Below, in pieces: positions 1 through 20,744 of a stretch of 64,000 nucleotides of DNA. The DNA lies in NCBI GenBank assembly GCA_033442325.1, contig JAWQFM010000020.1, positions 1,125,446 to 1,189,445 of the forward strand. The letters run 5' to 3'. This DNA comes from Salpingoeca rosetta. Lineage: Eukaryota; Protista; Choanoflagellata. Position numbers and translations under genes: made by a program. The stretch's first letter is position 1; the number at the start of each line of letters is the position of its first letter. Below the pieces are notes generated by a model. The model did not search any database. It was not told the DNA's origin and worked only from the letters and a program-made list of their open reading frames with translations.

Positions 1-92
<92 letters not shown>

Positions 93-252
93 ACAAGGGG
101 AAGAGAGGTGCGAGTGAGAAGACGGAAACAAGTGCAAGTGAGAAGGGGGAACACATGTACCTCTCACGTCCACATGTGGCAGACACATGGAAGCGGGAAG
201 TGGTGGCATCACGCAGGCGCATGGAGATGTGCGTGCGTGTGTGCGTGTGTGC

Positions 253-283
<31 letters not shown>

Positions 284-901
284 CGTACGTTGGGGACGGC
301 GGCGAGCGTCTCCTTGAGGTATTGGCCTATCCGCGCATCGCCCTGCTTCGTGCCGTCGTTCACCTGAACCCGCAAACCCGGCGCAGTCGCACGCGTCAGA
401 CCAGTTCTCACACAGCACGCCTAGCTCGCACTTGCATACATGCAGCACAACCCCGTTCACTCCACTCGAAGGTCCTGCTTGGACACACACACGCACGCAC
501 ACACACGCACGCACGCACGCACACACATACACACAAACACCGTCGTGTGCACCTGTGTGACGTAGTTGAGGGCCTTGTCGACCATAGCAAGGAGCTTGTC
601 TGTCGACTGCATAACGCCCTCGAGCTTCGACTTGAGCGGCGTCACAGCAGAGGTCGCAGACAGGCTGCGGTTCAGCGCATTGACTGACGTTGGGGAACAT
701 GGTGCATGGAGATGATGATGGGTGGGGGGGCGTGTGAAGAAGGGTGGTGGTGGAAAGCGATCGAGCACGTGCACCGACAAGCACACAGACCACAGGCAAA
801 CATAGATGAACGCAGATACATGGACCCACGGACAAAGACCACAGGCAAACATAGATAAACACAGATACACAGACAGACACAGACACACAGACACAGACAC
901 A

Positions 902-955
<54 letters not shown>

Positions 956-1846
956 AACACAAACACAAGCACAAATAGATATGAGTGCCCTACGTGCAAC
1001 GCGGTCCGAGTCGTAGGCGAGCACCTCGCAGGGAACGGGAGTGAAGAGGAATGAGCGGGACGTGGGCTCAACCTCGGCCGCCGCTTCCTCCTCATCGCCT
1101 TCCTCGTCCATCTTCAGCGTGCACTCGATCCTGATCCATAGCACACCAGAAACCAAGTTGGAAGAAAGAAATGAGATGTTAGCACCAACAGGTGGAGGAG
1201 CGTACATGCACACACAGACACACGCACGCACACTCACACGCACACACACACAGACAGCGTGGCGAACGTACGGCTGGAATGCTTTGACGCTGAGCTTGTC
1301 GCCAGGGAAGGATGTGTCAAGGAACATGTACATGAGGTTTTCCATCTCGGTGGCAGACTCGAAGCTGGCGTGCAGCAGGCTCGTATCCGCACCAAGGTCC
1401 TCGGTGCCAGACGCATACCTGAAAGGTAACATGCACACACCAACCAAAATAGTGGGACATGGTGGCGGTTACAGACAAGTTGTATTGTGAATGTATATGT
1501 GTGTGTGTGCATGTGTGTGACGGGTGTATGACATACACATACATACACATACATACATGCATTCACACATACACGCACACGAAGAGACGACAGAAACCGC
1601 TTGAACGAGGTCATGTCATGGCGATAAGCAAACCACACAGCAAAAAGAGTGCGTTATTCCAACGCACCAGCCCACAATCATCTCCGATGGGTTGGCCTGC
1701 TCGTGGAGGGTCTTCATGACCTCAAGGTGGTGTGGGTCAATGGACAGCTATGGGTGTGTATTTGTGTGTGGAAAAAGAAGATTGTGAGTTTGGTTGAGTG
1801 AGTTCACAGGAGAACAAGAAGTGCGGTGCGTGCGTGTGTGTGTGTG

Positions 1847-1902
<56 letters not shown>

Positions 1903-2002
1903 NNNNNNNNNNNNNNNNNNNNNNNNNNNNNNNNNNNNNNNNNNNNNNNNNNNNNNNNNNNNNNNNNNNNNNNNNNNNNNNNNNNNNNNNNNNNNNNNNN
2001 NN

Positions 2003-2100
<98 letters not shown>

Positions 2101-2194
2101 TTGAAGCATGCACAGTTCACGTGAACGAATACTTGGTGAACGAGCGATCAAGGGCGTTGACAAAACAGTAGTAGTGGTAGTGGTTGTCGTTTGT

Positions 2195-2236
<42 letters not shown>

Positions 2237-2468
2237 GGTGTCTATGGGTCGGGTGCGGGGAGCTCACCTCCTCCTCTGTCTCCGTGACGGGAACCGCGAA
2301 GCAGGAGGTGATGTTGAGGGTGTTGACGACATATGTTCCCAACAGCACGCCGTACACGCGCTTGACGGCGGAGGCCTGGCGCAGGTACTGGTCCAGGACG
2401 GTCAGGTGCACAACAGGGTTCACGCGCACCCTGGTGATGGTGCCTGCACGAAGCAATTGCGAGCTCAT
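1..2468 (-). CDS. EIF3F: Eukaryotic translation initiation factor 3 subunit F (MPN domain), multi-exon, 3' end beyond window start
   Basis: Exons: MSSQLLRAGTITRVRVNPVVHLTVLDQYLRQ..RVYGVLLG..ITSCFAVPVTETEEE (2468-~2268), LSIDPHHLEVMKTLHEQANPSEMIVGW (~1747-1668), YASGTEDLGADTSLLH..KLSVKAFQP, FLFTPVPCEVLAYDSDRVA, ..LLAMVDKALNYVTQV, VNDGTKQGDARIGQYLKETLAAVPN. Matches the eIF3f MPN/JAB plus C-terminal helical pattern. GT-AG borders at the junctions checked. Confidence 0.9.
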
Positions 2469-2647
2469 CTTCGTCCTCTGTCTTGTGGCTGAATCTGCAG
2501 TCAGCAAGTCGTGCGCTTGTTCGCGATTTGGGTTGTGCTGCAGCAGGTCGTGGAAGGCGGCGATGAACACACACGTGAAAAAGGAAAGGCAGTGGCCGTG
2601 ATGTTGAAATTTATCCAATATCATTCATTGGAATTCTGCAGGCAAGA

Positions 2648-2883
2648 ATGGCAGAGCAGCAAGTCGTGCGCGGTGGCGCTGTTGGTGGAGAGGATGAGGA
2701 GAGGCGAGGACACACGGTGGCGAGCGTGAGGGAAGAGCAAGAGCAAGCAGAGCAGAGAGCACAAGATGGAGAACATGGGGAAGGTGGCCATGGAGAAGGT
2801 GGAGAAGGTGGAGAAGGTGGAGACACAGCAGACAACTTTGCGGCCAACTTCTGGAAGAAACAGCTTGCCACGTCAAAGAAGCC

Positions 2884-2916
<33 letters not shown>

Positions 2917-3765
2917 AAGGGTGCACTACTCTTCGTTGTTTATTCATGTGTGTGTGTGTGTATGTGTGTGTGTGTGTGCAAGAGAGTGCTGCTCTTCGTT
3001 GTTTGTTCATATGTGTGTGTGCGTGTGTAACAGCGTTTGTGCAAGAGAGTGCTGCTCTTCGTTGTTTGCTCATATGAAATCCTTCACCCATTGTATTCAC
3101 ACCCCAATCCCGGTCTTGCTCATTACCCCTCCCCTCCCCCTCTCTCTCTCCCGCTCACAGCAAGACTTTAGAGTTCAGCAAGTACCCGTGAATCGGGTCA
3201 AGAGGATTATGCGTCTCGACGAACAAGTCAAGGTACAGATGCAACACACACACACACACATACACACATTCACATACACACTCATACACACACACACACA
3301 CTGTCTTGCCCCTGTGCTCAAGCAGGTTGTTGTCAATTCGTCATCAGCCCCTGTGAACGATCTCTCGCATGTTCACAAGCCCTTGCCCTCATCCACAATT
3401 CCTCTCCGTTGATTATGTGCGCCTTGCAGCAACTGTCGCTTGATGCGCCCATCATCATGGCAAAAGCCGCCGAGTTCTTCATCGCCCAGCTCACGACCGC
3501 CGCATGGAAGGAGACAACACAAGAAAACAAGCGTGTCATACAGGTGTGTGTGTGTGTGGTGTTGTTTGTTGCTGGCGCCCGTTAAGCGACCTGCGCCGTG
3601 CCCTTGCTCGCTTGTGCCATTGCATCCCTCCACTATGCCCACAGCAACACCCGATTTCTCCCATCCCTCCCCCTCCTTCTGTAGCCCCGCCACATTCGAA
3701 ATGCGGCCAAGCAGGAAGAACAATACGACTTCTTGGTGGACATTCTCAATGAGCTCATACCATAA
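2648..3765 (+). CDS. NFYC: NF-YC / HAP5-like histone-fold CCAAT-binding factor subunit (4 exons)
   Basis: NFWKKQLATSKKP|QDFRVQQVPVNRVKRIMRLDEQVK|QLSLDAPIIMAKAAEFFIAQLTTAAWKETTQENKRVIQ|PRHIRNAAKQEEQYDFLVDILNELIP*. Parallels NF-YC [31 protein letters not shown]. Confidence 0.85.
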
Positions 3766-4160
3766 CGAGGATCGTGCATGTCAGGACATGCGCGCGCGAG
3801 GCAACGAAGTAACAGCAACACGGGCGCGTGCACACGACGCGGACGAAGGAACAGCGCTGCGACAAGTGCCATGAAGATATGCATCGACATGGCAGGACGA
3901 CGAGACGAATGGATACAGAAGGAAGGGATGAATCGACAAAGACACCTCGACATCTCAACATGACTCAGCACACGTGCACGAGATGTCAACGACAGGATGG
4001 ACCGAAGAACATAGACGAGGTGCAACCAAGACAAGCGACCACTGCCACACGTACGTGTGTGAGGGTGGGCGTGGTTATGTAACTGGGAATCGTCCCAACA
4101 AGCGCACAGGCCAATAACATGCCTGCTGCCGCTGCCGCCGCTGCTGCTGCCAGTGTATGG

Positions 4161-9729
<5,569 letters not shown>

Positions 9730-10780
9730 GGTGTTGGTGTTGGTGTGTCTGCTTTGTTTGTGGAAAATGCGATGTGTCCGCCGTGGCTGCTTTTTGATGA
9801 ATGATGGATGGATGAGTCACGATTGTTTGCTTGTTTGGATGTTTGTTGACTTGCGATGCATTGCAAGTCACAAGCCACAGAAGTACAGCTAGACTAGAGT
9901 GTCACAACAACATCACATCACTCGCAGAGGCATCAATCTAGCAGTCTCTCATGCCTTGCCTCGTGTCGACAGAGTCGACAAGAGACGTTTTCCAGTATTG
10001 TCTGCTGCTTAGTGCCATCTTGAGTGAGCCAGCTTGCTAGCTTGTTTTTCGTTTTGAGCCACGAGATTTGCTTCCTTGCTTCTTGTACTCTTGTCTTCTT
10101 GTATGACCCAGCCCAACGCCGGCACGCGTCTGCTGTCTTGTGCGTCTTGCAACAGGACCAGGTCGTCCACAAGATGGAAACACGCAGCAAGTGGTTGCAC
10201 GTATTCACTCTTAAGTCTTTCCGTGTCACATTCAAGCATTCTGTATTGTTGTATCGTCAAGTGGCCATGTACTTTTTTACATCCTGCTATATGCTATCTA
10301 TGTAACTATCTGGTTCGGGTTCTCATCACATGCATTCCCTCTTGTGCTTCTTCCAGTGCCACCACTGCTGCTTGATGTAGGACACTCGGATACTTTTATC
10401 ACACAAAGGCCACAAGCAAGCGAAGGGCAGAGCATCCCGGAGCAGCGTAGCGTAGCGGAGGGTCTGGGTATCCTATCGACAAGTCGATTTTTCAGCGTCT
10501 CGGCCCAAGCAAGCAGCTCAAGCAAGCTAAGGCTAGAAGGCTTCCACCAAGCTTGCAGCACGACCAAATAAAGGGGTGTGTGTGTGTGTGTGTGTTCGTG
10601 AGAGAGAGAGGCACAGGTGCAAGGGCGAAGCGTGGCTTGCTGACTGTTGCGTTGTGTGTGTTTGTGTGTCCATATCTGATTGCCGAATTTGAATTTGGCG
10701 GCAGAACATTGAAAACGAAAACACGCGCCAACCAAGCAAGCAACCAACCACCACCTCGCCTTTGCTGCACGCCACCACAT

Positions 10781-10866
<86 letters not shown>

Positions 10867-10936
10867 CGTTGTCTCCTCCAGCACAGCACGACGACACGCT
10901 CAGACACCAACATACACATATCGCATCACATGAGCC

Positions 10937-11107
10937 ATGCGGAACAAGGTCTTTGTGGCAGCCATCCCCATGCAAAGTGATCGCGCAGCCGTCGCGCGCA
11001 TCTTTGAGAAGTGAGTGCAACAGAAGGGGGGGGGGGCGTTGGAGAGCAGCGCAGGCGATAAGTGCAGCTGCTCAGACAGGCAGACCGATAGACGCACAGC
11101 TGCTCAG

Positions 11108-11169
<62 letters not shown>

Positions 11170-11688
11170 NNNNNNNNNNNNNNNNNNNNNNNNNNNNNNN
11201 NNNNNNNNNNNNNNNNNNNNNNNNNNNNNNNNNNNNNNNNNNNNNNNNNNNNNNNNNNNNNNNNNNNNNNNNNNNNNNNNNNNNNNNNNNNNNNNNNNNN
11301 NNNNNNNNNNNNNNNNNNNNNNNNNNNNNNNNNNNNNNNNNNNNNNNNNNNNNNNNNNNNNNNNNNNNNNNNNNNNNNNNNNNNNNNNNNNNNNNNNNNN
11401 NNNNNNNNNNNNNNNNNNNNNNNNNNNNNNNNNNNNNNNNNNNNNNNNNNNNNNNNNNNNNNNNNNNNNNNNNNNNNNNNNNNNNNNNNNNNNNNNNNNN
11501 NNNNNNNNNNNNNNNNNNNNNNNNNNNNNNNNNNNNNNNNNNNNNNNNNNNNNNNNNNNNNNNNNNNNNNNNNNNNNNNNNNNNNNNNNNNNNNNNNNNN
11601 NNNNNNNNNNNNNNNNNNNNNNNNNNNNNNNNNNNNNNNNNNNNNNNNNNNNNNNNNNNNNNNNNNNNNNNNNNNNNNNNNNNNNNNN

Positions 11689-11775
<87 letters not shown>

Positions 11776-13710
11776 CAATGCTCGTCACACCGGCTCCGCA
11801 TGTCCTTGTCATTCCTTCCCCCTCCTCCCTCCCCACTCTCTGTCTGCCTGTCTGCCTGTTTGCATCTCCCTTCCTCCATCCCCCTCCGCTCTTCTTCCCC
11901 GCCTCGTTTTGTCCTACCATCGTGCATGCATACTTGGAGCTGGAAAGCTCTGCTCCTGCTGCTGCTTGCGGGCGGCTTGCATTCGCGAAGCAAATCCCCC
12001 CCCCTTCCACGAACAAAGAAACCCCTCCTCTGTCTGCCTCGGGTTTGCCTTGCCATTGCGATTAGCTTGGTGACAACACGCTTACATGCCACTCTTGTGC
12101 ATGCCACCTGATCTCTGCATTCTGTCACCAATAGCCGGACACCAAAGCATCCCCCGATCGCTCTCGAACGGTAAGTTCAGCCACGCTGTGTCTTTTTCAC
12201 CCGCCTAGCTAGCGAGAGCAGTTCACCACGCTCCTTCGTCTTCCTTGCCACAAGCGTGGCTGCAGGACAAAGTCCGCTGCCGCCAGCGAAATCATTCCAG
12301 GCTTGTTCCCTGCACGACGATCACGCACTCTCACAAATGCACACACGCACACACACGCACATGACCACTTGCGTGCTCTCTCACGTGCACGCACTCGTTA
12401 CGCACTCTTCATCACCTCTCTTGGCCCTCTTCCACGACCACGATCACGACCACGACCACGACCACGACCACCACCACCTCGTCCTCATCGCCCTCCTTCC
12501 TCCGCCTTTGTCCTCCTCCAAATGGATGCCTGTGGAATCCAGCTACGACCCGTCCTGTGTTGTTGTGATTGAAGGCATGCGCCCAAACGTGCCTGAGCGG
12601 GAAATCCATGAACTTGTCGACAAGTACGACCCTGCAAGTCGGCCCACAATCGTCAAACTCGTGCGCACACGCTTCTTCGCCAACGCCCATGTCGTCTTCT
12701 CGAATGCACAGGGCGCAAAGGACTGTGTTTCCGGTCTGCAAAGAGTCTCGACCTCCAACCCACGCCACTCGTTGACTGTTCAACTCTTTTCGGAACGGCA
12801 GCGCCAAGCGCCTGCTCCCAACGGTCAAGCCAACGCGCCCACAACCGAGGAACACCCGCCGAAACGACACCGTGCAAACGGGTTTCAGGGAAGCAGCCGC
12901 CCTCATCAGGACCACAACGACCGTCATCATCACCACCACCAACAGCACCAACAGCACCAACAGCACCAACAGCACCAACAGCACCAACAGCACCAACAGC
13001 ACCAACAGCACAGGCCACACCACGATGGACCGCCCCAAAATCGCCGCCCTCCACCCATCCCTCCTTCCGATTCCAACAAGTGTCGCATTGTCATCATCCC
13101 CAAGCTTCCAAATGGGCTCACGGGTGTGTAACGCGTCACTAGTTCTGATCACGGCTTCTCTGCTCTTCCTGCTGACCATTGTACATAGTTATCACCTGCC
13201 ACACCGCATTGTATCCACTTCAACCACAACAATCACAGCAATCACAACAGTCACCACCACACGTGTTTTGCCATATGATTTCTTTGTGTGTTTGTTTCCG
13301 CCACGGCCGCCTTCCACCATTTCCCCGCCCCTTACCGCGCACGTGCCGTGCAGATGAGCAATTGGCTGTTGCGCTGGAGTCTCGCCTCCGTACACACGGG
13401 CCAGAGCTCGACCTGAAAGTGAGCCATGGCCCCCAATACCGCTACGCTCACGTCACCTACCCGGACCCGGCGCACGCTCGCAGCGTACGTGCACTTCATC
13501 TTGGTCGTGCTTCCATGAGAGCTGGCTGTGTTGTGCTACAGAAACCGGAGCCAAACGAACACCTAAATGCTTCTCTCAACGCTTCTCTTGTCCACTCGTT
13601 CTCACCCACTTGACCATTTCTCGTGGTGAACTTGCGCCCACTCGATGCATACACGAACGAACAAAACACGACAATACACAACACGCACACACATGCACCC
13701 ACCCACCCAC

Positions 13711-13794
<84 letters not shown>

Positions 13795-16336
13795 TGCAAC
13801 GCATACAACGCGAACACACCGTGGCACAACACTGTCTCGCGCTTGCCCTTGTGGTTATGTAGGCGGCACTGGATTTGCATCGCAGGCTGTTGTTCAAGTT
13901 TGAGATTGAAGCACACTTGGTGCCCACACTGAAATTTCCTGTAAGTGACGATTGACGATTGTGTGCCTGTCCCTGTACCGCCCGAAACGTGGCTGAGCCA
14001 CATGCACGACCACCACTCCTCCACCACACTGCTCATGCTCGCTGCACGCTGCCATCCACGAATGGAACGTGCATGTTACACCGCCGCTGCTGCTGTGAAC
14101 AGCGAGCTGCACTGCAGGTGTTTCGCAACCCGCGCGCGTGGCACCCGGACATGGCGCCCACCCTGGAGCTGCGCAACCTCAATGCCGCTGTCACGCTTGT
14201 GGCGCTCACCCAGCACCTGCAGGACATGGGTGTCAACGGCAGCGTGATACCCCACACCCACCTGGCAAGCGCCAGGATCATGTTTCAGTCGCTGTCAGAG
14301 GCGCTTGCGGCCCACGCCCTCATGCGCCGATTCCCACACATCATCTGGCCCCAGCAGGACTGCGACGTCACGTTTGGCCAGGTACGCGCGTGCTCGCCAT
14401 GACATGCCTCTGTTCAAGGCTGTAGCAACCCAACCGCAGCGCCGACCTGCATAGCATTTCGTCTCTGGTTTTGTTTGGAGCAACACAAAGGCAAGGGGGA
14501 AAATTACGCCATCCTTTTCTCGAAACAAGGCCTCGCATGCGTGCACGTTTCTCTCACACACTTCCTCATATATCGACACGATCACACTCTCCGCCACGTG
14601 CACACCCACCCACCCACAACTCCACCCATACACACACACACACACACACAATGACACACACACACAATGACACACCCACAACCCCCACCCATACACACCC
14701 ACAATGACATACACACACACACACACACACAATGACACACAATGACACACCCACAACCCCCACCCATACACACCCACAATGACATACACACACACACACA
14801 CAACCTGTGTTGTCTCGTGTTGTTGCATCAGCCCAAGGAGACGCAGTGGCTGTGGTTTCATGGTTGTGGGCGTGTGCGTGCATCATCGCAAGAGCTGCGC
14901 TCGTGGCTGTCGCAGTATGGCATGGTTACCCACCTTGGCACCTTGAAACATCAAGACGGCTTCTTTGCCGCATTTGGAACGGTGAAACAAGCCACAGTTG
15001 TGAAGGCACAGGTTCAGGGCATGTCGTGCTCGCACCCGGTGCAAAGCGATTCCTTGCAGGTGACGTACGTGCAGGACCACACCGTCTTTGACATGGCAGG
15101 CACCCAGTATCGTGACGCCGCGGACGTGAAAGGCGTGCCGTTTGGACCCTGGAATGAAATGGGCAACGAGCAGCGCAATGAGCACGGCCTGCGTGCACAC
15201 GGCGCTCACGCTCGCCGCCACTCGTCTTTGGAGCCGAGAGACGCGGCCGTATCTGCCCCCCATGTTCCACCACCAAGAGCAGCACGCCCCCGCCGCTCGT
15301 CGCCTGTATCCCGCTCATCGCTCGAGAGGGACACCATCAAACCCCGATTTCCTTCCCCGGCTGGGTCGTCGTCTTCATCGTCAGCAGCGGTAGCGCCGTA
15401 TACGCGTGGTGCATCGCTGCCTCCGTCCTCTCGGCGACACCCCACACCTCCCAGGCCGGGCACATGGGTTGACCGGCGTGGCGACAGGGGGTTTTCCCAC
15501 CGCAGGCGCGATTCAGACCGGGGCGATAGGCGGCCCCGCGACCGCGTGCATGATCGCCTCCGCTCGCCAGACAGCCGTGACGCCCCTCCCCCCCTTGGTC
15601 GGCCGCGGTCCCGCTCATCCCAGGACGCGAGTGCAGCGGCAGCGCAGCGAAGACACAGTCCAACGGCTCGGGATGACGGCCGACGCCACTCTACGCCTTC
15701 GTCATCGGCATCTGCAGATGCAGCAGTGGTGAAGCGGCGCTCTCCAACAGCGCAGCTTGCTGAGAAGGGCGGGGCACCTCAAAGCACCCGCCAGTCGCCC
15801 CCTGCCTGGAGGACAGCAACTGGTGGCCCCGGAAGCAGCAGCTTTGGGAATCGTACCGCTGCTGCTGCTGCTGCTGCGGCTGCTGTGGCACGCGCGTCCC
15901 GGTCCACTTCAGCGTCACCGAGGACCGTGGCGGGCAGCGACGCAGATGCCGCTTTCAAGAATGCTCTCAAGGACGTTCGAGGCCGTGTGGAGCAGCTGAA
16001 GCAGGGCAAGACACAGCAGACGCAGCAGCAACAACTTGCCCACACCGGGGAACAAGGCAAGTACTCGGCTGTGTTGCAGCGGTTGATAGAGTCGTCGAAG
16101 ATCACGTCACCACCTCCCTCGTCGCCATCGCCAGCCATAGGGAAGGAAGCAAGCACCTCACCTACCCCAGGTGGGAAGCCGTCAACAGCAGCATCGTCAT
16201 TTGCACCACCTGCACCTGCGCCCACAAGGGAAACAACAAGCAACGCAAAACGCCAACATGTGAAGGACGAGTTTCGAACAGAGATGGCAGAGCAAGGCCA
16301 GAATAAGGGCGGAAAGCGCCAGCCTGCGTCTGGCAA

Positions 16337-16399
<63 letters not shown>

Positions 16400-18146
16400 T
16401 AGGAAGGACAAGGACGCCGCTGGCGTGTATGTGACACGCAAGTGGACGCAACATCGATGGGAGGACTCAGGGGACGAACCCCAGAAGGGCGTGTCTGCTG
16501 CCCTTGCTGCTGGCGCTGATGCATCCTCAGCAACACGGGCAGAGATAGCTGACGCAAACCAACCGAGACCCACCACGACCACGATAACCGCGACTCCAAC
16601 TGTTACACCACCCACAACGGCAACGACAACAACGGCAACGACGACAACAGCTACCGCAACCGCTACACAAGGGGCGTCCACAACACCCGCAGCCATGACA
16701 GCCACCGCAGCCCCATCCACCCCGTCTCCTTCAACACCGTCAACTGCAGAAACGGATACAGCGACGCCCGGAGAGGCAGCACCGCAAGCTAGCAGCACGT
16801 CGATGTCGGCGTTCACGACAACCAACGGAAACGGAAGCGTCTCGACGACGTATGCCATGCCAGGACAGTCTGAGACCACAGAGTCGCCTGTGCTCATCTC
16901 AGCGTACGCAAACCTATACCCAACAGCGCCTGCTGTACCCTTGTCCAGTGTTACCAGCATGTGGGGACAGCAGCAACAGCAGCAGCAGCAGCAGCAGCAG
17001 TATGCTATGCAGGCGGAATATGATGCGTATTGGGGCCATTACTATTCACAGTCCGGGTATGGCGCTTACTACGATCCATCATCCTACGCCTATGGATGGT
17101 ACGGTCAACTACCTGGAACGGAGCAGCAAGAGCAGCAGCAGCCACAACAAGCACAACAAGCACAACAACAGCCACAACCGCAAGTGCCACAAGAACAGCA
17201 GCAGGCATCTCAACAGCAGCAACACGCACAACAGCAGCAGCCAGCAGTGAGTGCGTCCAGTGGGGCGAATCAAGGTGATACCGTGTCCGCATCGGATGCA
17301 CCTTCGCAATTAACAACGCTGGACAAGATTGTCGTCGCCGCAGCCATGGATCTTCACGGCTATTCGGAGAACAACCAGCCCGCTGCCAATGCATCGAAGG
17401 ACGAGCGCGCCACCGCAACGCCAACCTCCACGCCAGCAGGGTCTGGCACCGCTTCAGCAACACAAACAGCGGCAGCATCTGCACCAGGTGCCAAGGAAAG
17501 GGATGCAGCCGCAAGCATTTCGGCAGCGGCCACGACCGCGACGTCGTCTTCAAACCCCGAGAGCGCTGCGGTGTCCGTTGCCAACACGTTGCAGGGCGCA
17601 ACAAGCCATGTGTCGTTGGCTGTGGCATGGGCGGGCGCACTTCAGCTGAAGAAGTGGCACTTTGGGGTTGAGCTGCGGGCGGTATCTGGCGGGCGCGACG
17701 TGCTGTCGCGTTGCTTGCCGGAGGAGCACACGGTGCTGCGCGTGACCAAGCGAGCGGCGTTGACAGAGGCAACGCAGGCTGCATTGCTGGCGCTGGTGAG
17801 CAAGAGTCGTGCCGGTGGCGACAACAACAGCAGCGTCAGCAGCATCAGCGGTGAGGCTGGGCCTTCTGCACGCGCACGAGCTGATGCCGCCGGCATGACG
17901 TTGCATGCGGCGGCTGTGCTGACGTGCCGCGCCCGGGACCCGTTGCATCGCGCCGCGTTTGTGGCGTGTGTTGGCTTGTACCTGAGCAAGAAGAACGCTG
18001 TTGCATGCGTGACCACCCCTGCAAGCACCCTGTACATTCTGCCCCCGTGCTCGTTTGCGCAGCAATGCGTGGACAAAGCAGCGCCGTTGCTTGACAGTGC
18101 AGGAGTGCAGGACACAGACCTCGTCGTCATTGTGCAAGGGCAATGA
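10937..18146 (+). CDS. SPEN/RBM15-family protein: several N-terminal RRMs, long low-complexity middle, C-terminal SPOC domain. 5' part spans an N-gap; alternative start near 12526
   Basis: Putative first exon MRNKVFVAAIPMQSDRAAVARIFE then GTGAGT (RNP2-like). RRM-like segments at ~12540-12790, 13080-13940, 14118-14381 and 14832-15070 (DVTFGQ|PKETQWLWFHG resembles the SPEN RRM3-4 junction). SPOC: AWAGALQLKK..VSGGRDVLSRCLP..LRVTKR..YLSKKNAVACV..LYILPPCSFA..DLVVIVQGQ*. Confidence 0.8.
11170..11688. other. Assembly gap (others: 1903-2002, 19536-19657, 26734-26833, 28645-28743, 44670-44769, 58969-59068), all flanked by microsatellites
   Basis: Runs of N. Confidence 0.98.
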
Positions 18147-18906
18147 TTGATTGCCGACTGATGGCTGCTTGGTTGTTGTGTTGTGGTTGCTGTTGCTACT
18201 TGTATTGGTTGCGTGTTCTTTCCGTGTTTATTTGATGTTTGAACTGTACAAGCTGCTGTTCCTGGCCATTTTCGTGCTTGCGCGTTTCGTTGGCTGGTTA
18301 CTTTTGGCATTTCTTAGGTCGTAGGTATCGACATACGTGTCCGCGCCATCACCGCGTGCGGTGCATGCGTCGCTCATTGATTGAATGAGTGATGATGTTG
18401 TGACTCAGTGTGACTTGAGTGGCGGTGATCGTGTGCGGATGTGGCCTTGACGGGGTGGCAGACAATACGCGTTGACACCATCCATGCCTTGCCCAGCATG
18501 CTGGTGACACGCCTACTTGGTGACGACAGGAGCGAGCGAGTGGGGCGAGGAATAAAGCACAAGCTAGGGCTGCTGGCGTGCGTGTGGTTTGACCGTTTCA
18601 TCTTCCCAGAGGGCATGAGCTTCACAGTGCGTTTATGTACAGCCATTGCATTGGTGCGTGCTAGTGATAGGGCACGACAAGCTAGAGGAAAAGGCAGGAG
18701 GGGGGTTGGGGTGAGGCATGAAGGGCGGCGGCGTTAGGTTCGCAGTCAGTAGCACTGACAGCAGCGGAAGCACAGGCTCGTACACCTGTGTGTGTGTGTG
18801 TGTTTGTGTGTGTGTGCGTGCGTGCACATGCGTGCGTGTATGATACATATGCGATGCTGCTATGCGCTGGCCATCGACGCCTCTGCGTACAACTGTGATT
18901 GACGAA

Positions 18907-20514
<1,608 letters not shown>

Positions 20515-20545
20515 CGTCGTCGTGTCTCGTCTTGATCTTGGACAC

Positions 20546-20559
20546 GACTGAATTCAGTC
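20546..20559. promoter_or_regulatory. Perfect palindrome GACTGAATTCAGTC in the SFT2/FAM107-like divergent spacer
   Basis: 14-bp palindrome; the core ACTGAATTCAGT recurs at 36355-36366. Confidence 0.4.
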
Positions 20560-20744
20560 ACACTTGTATGACGAAATGCGAACCACGCAAACAACAACAA
20601 CAACGTTTTGCCACTCCTCCCGCAACAACCAACAAAGCAAGAAGCAAGACAGGTACTTGCGTCGCCCATCTCTTCATCACCCTCAACACCCCAATCCCCA
20701 ATCCCACGTACACCTACCCCCTCCCCCAGCGGACCCGGCTGAAG

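Noticed and set aside
2915-3076. Three spaced ~35-bp repeats resembling a mini CRISPR array (also 27395-27480, 14640-14800, 24066-24180)
   Set aside because: Intronic tandem duplications with microsatellite spacers; no cas genes; eukaryotic context.
15779-16960. 393-aa antisense ORF (also 41940-42869 and 39645-40547)
   Set aside because: Shadow ORFs opposite GC-rich genuine exons, with no recognisable motifs.
18150-18900. Possible extra gene between SPEN-like and SFT2
   Set aside because: Only short featureless ORFs; best explained as convergent 3' UTRs, possibly with a UTR intron near 18788-18840.
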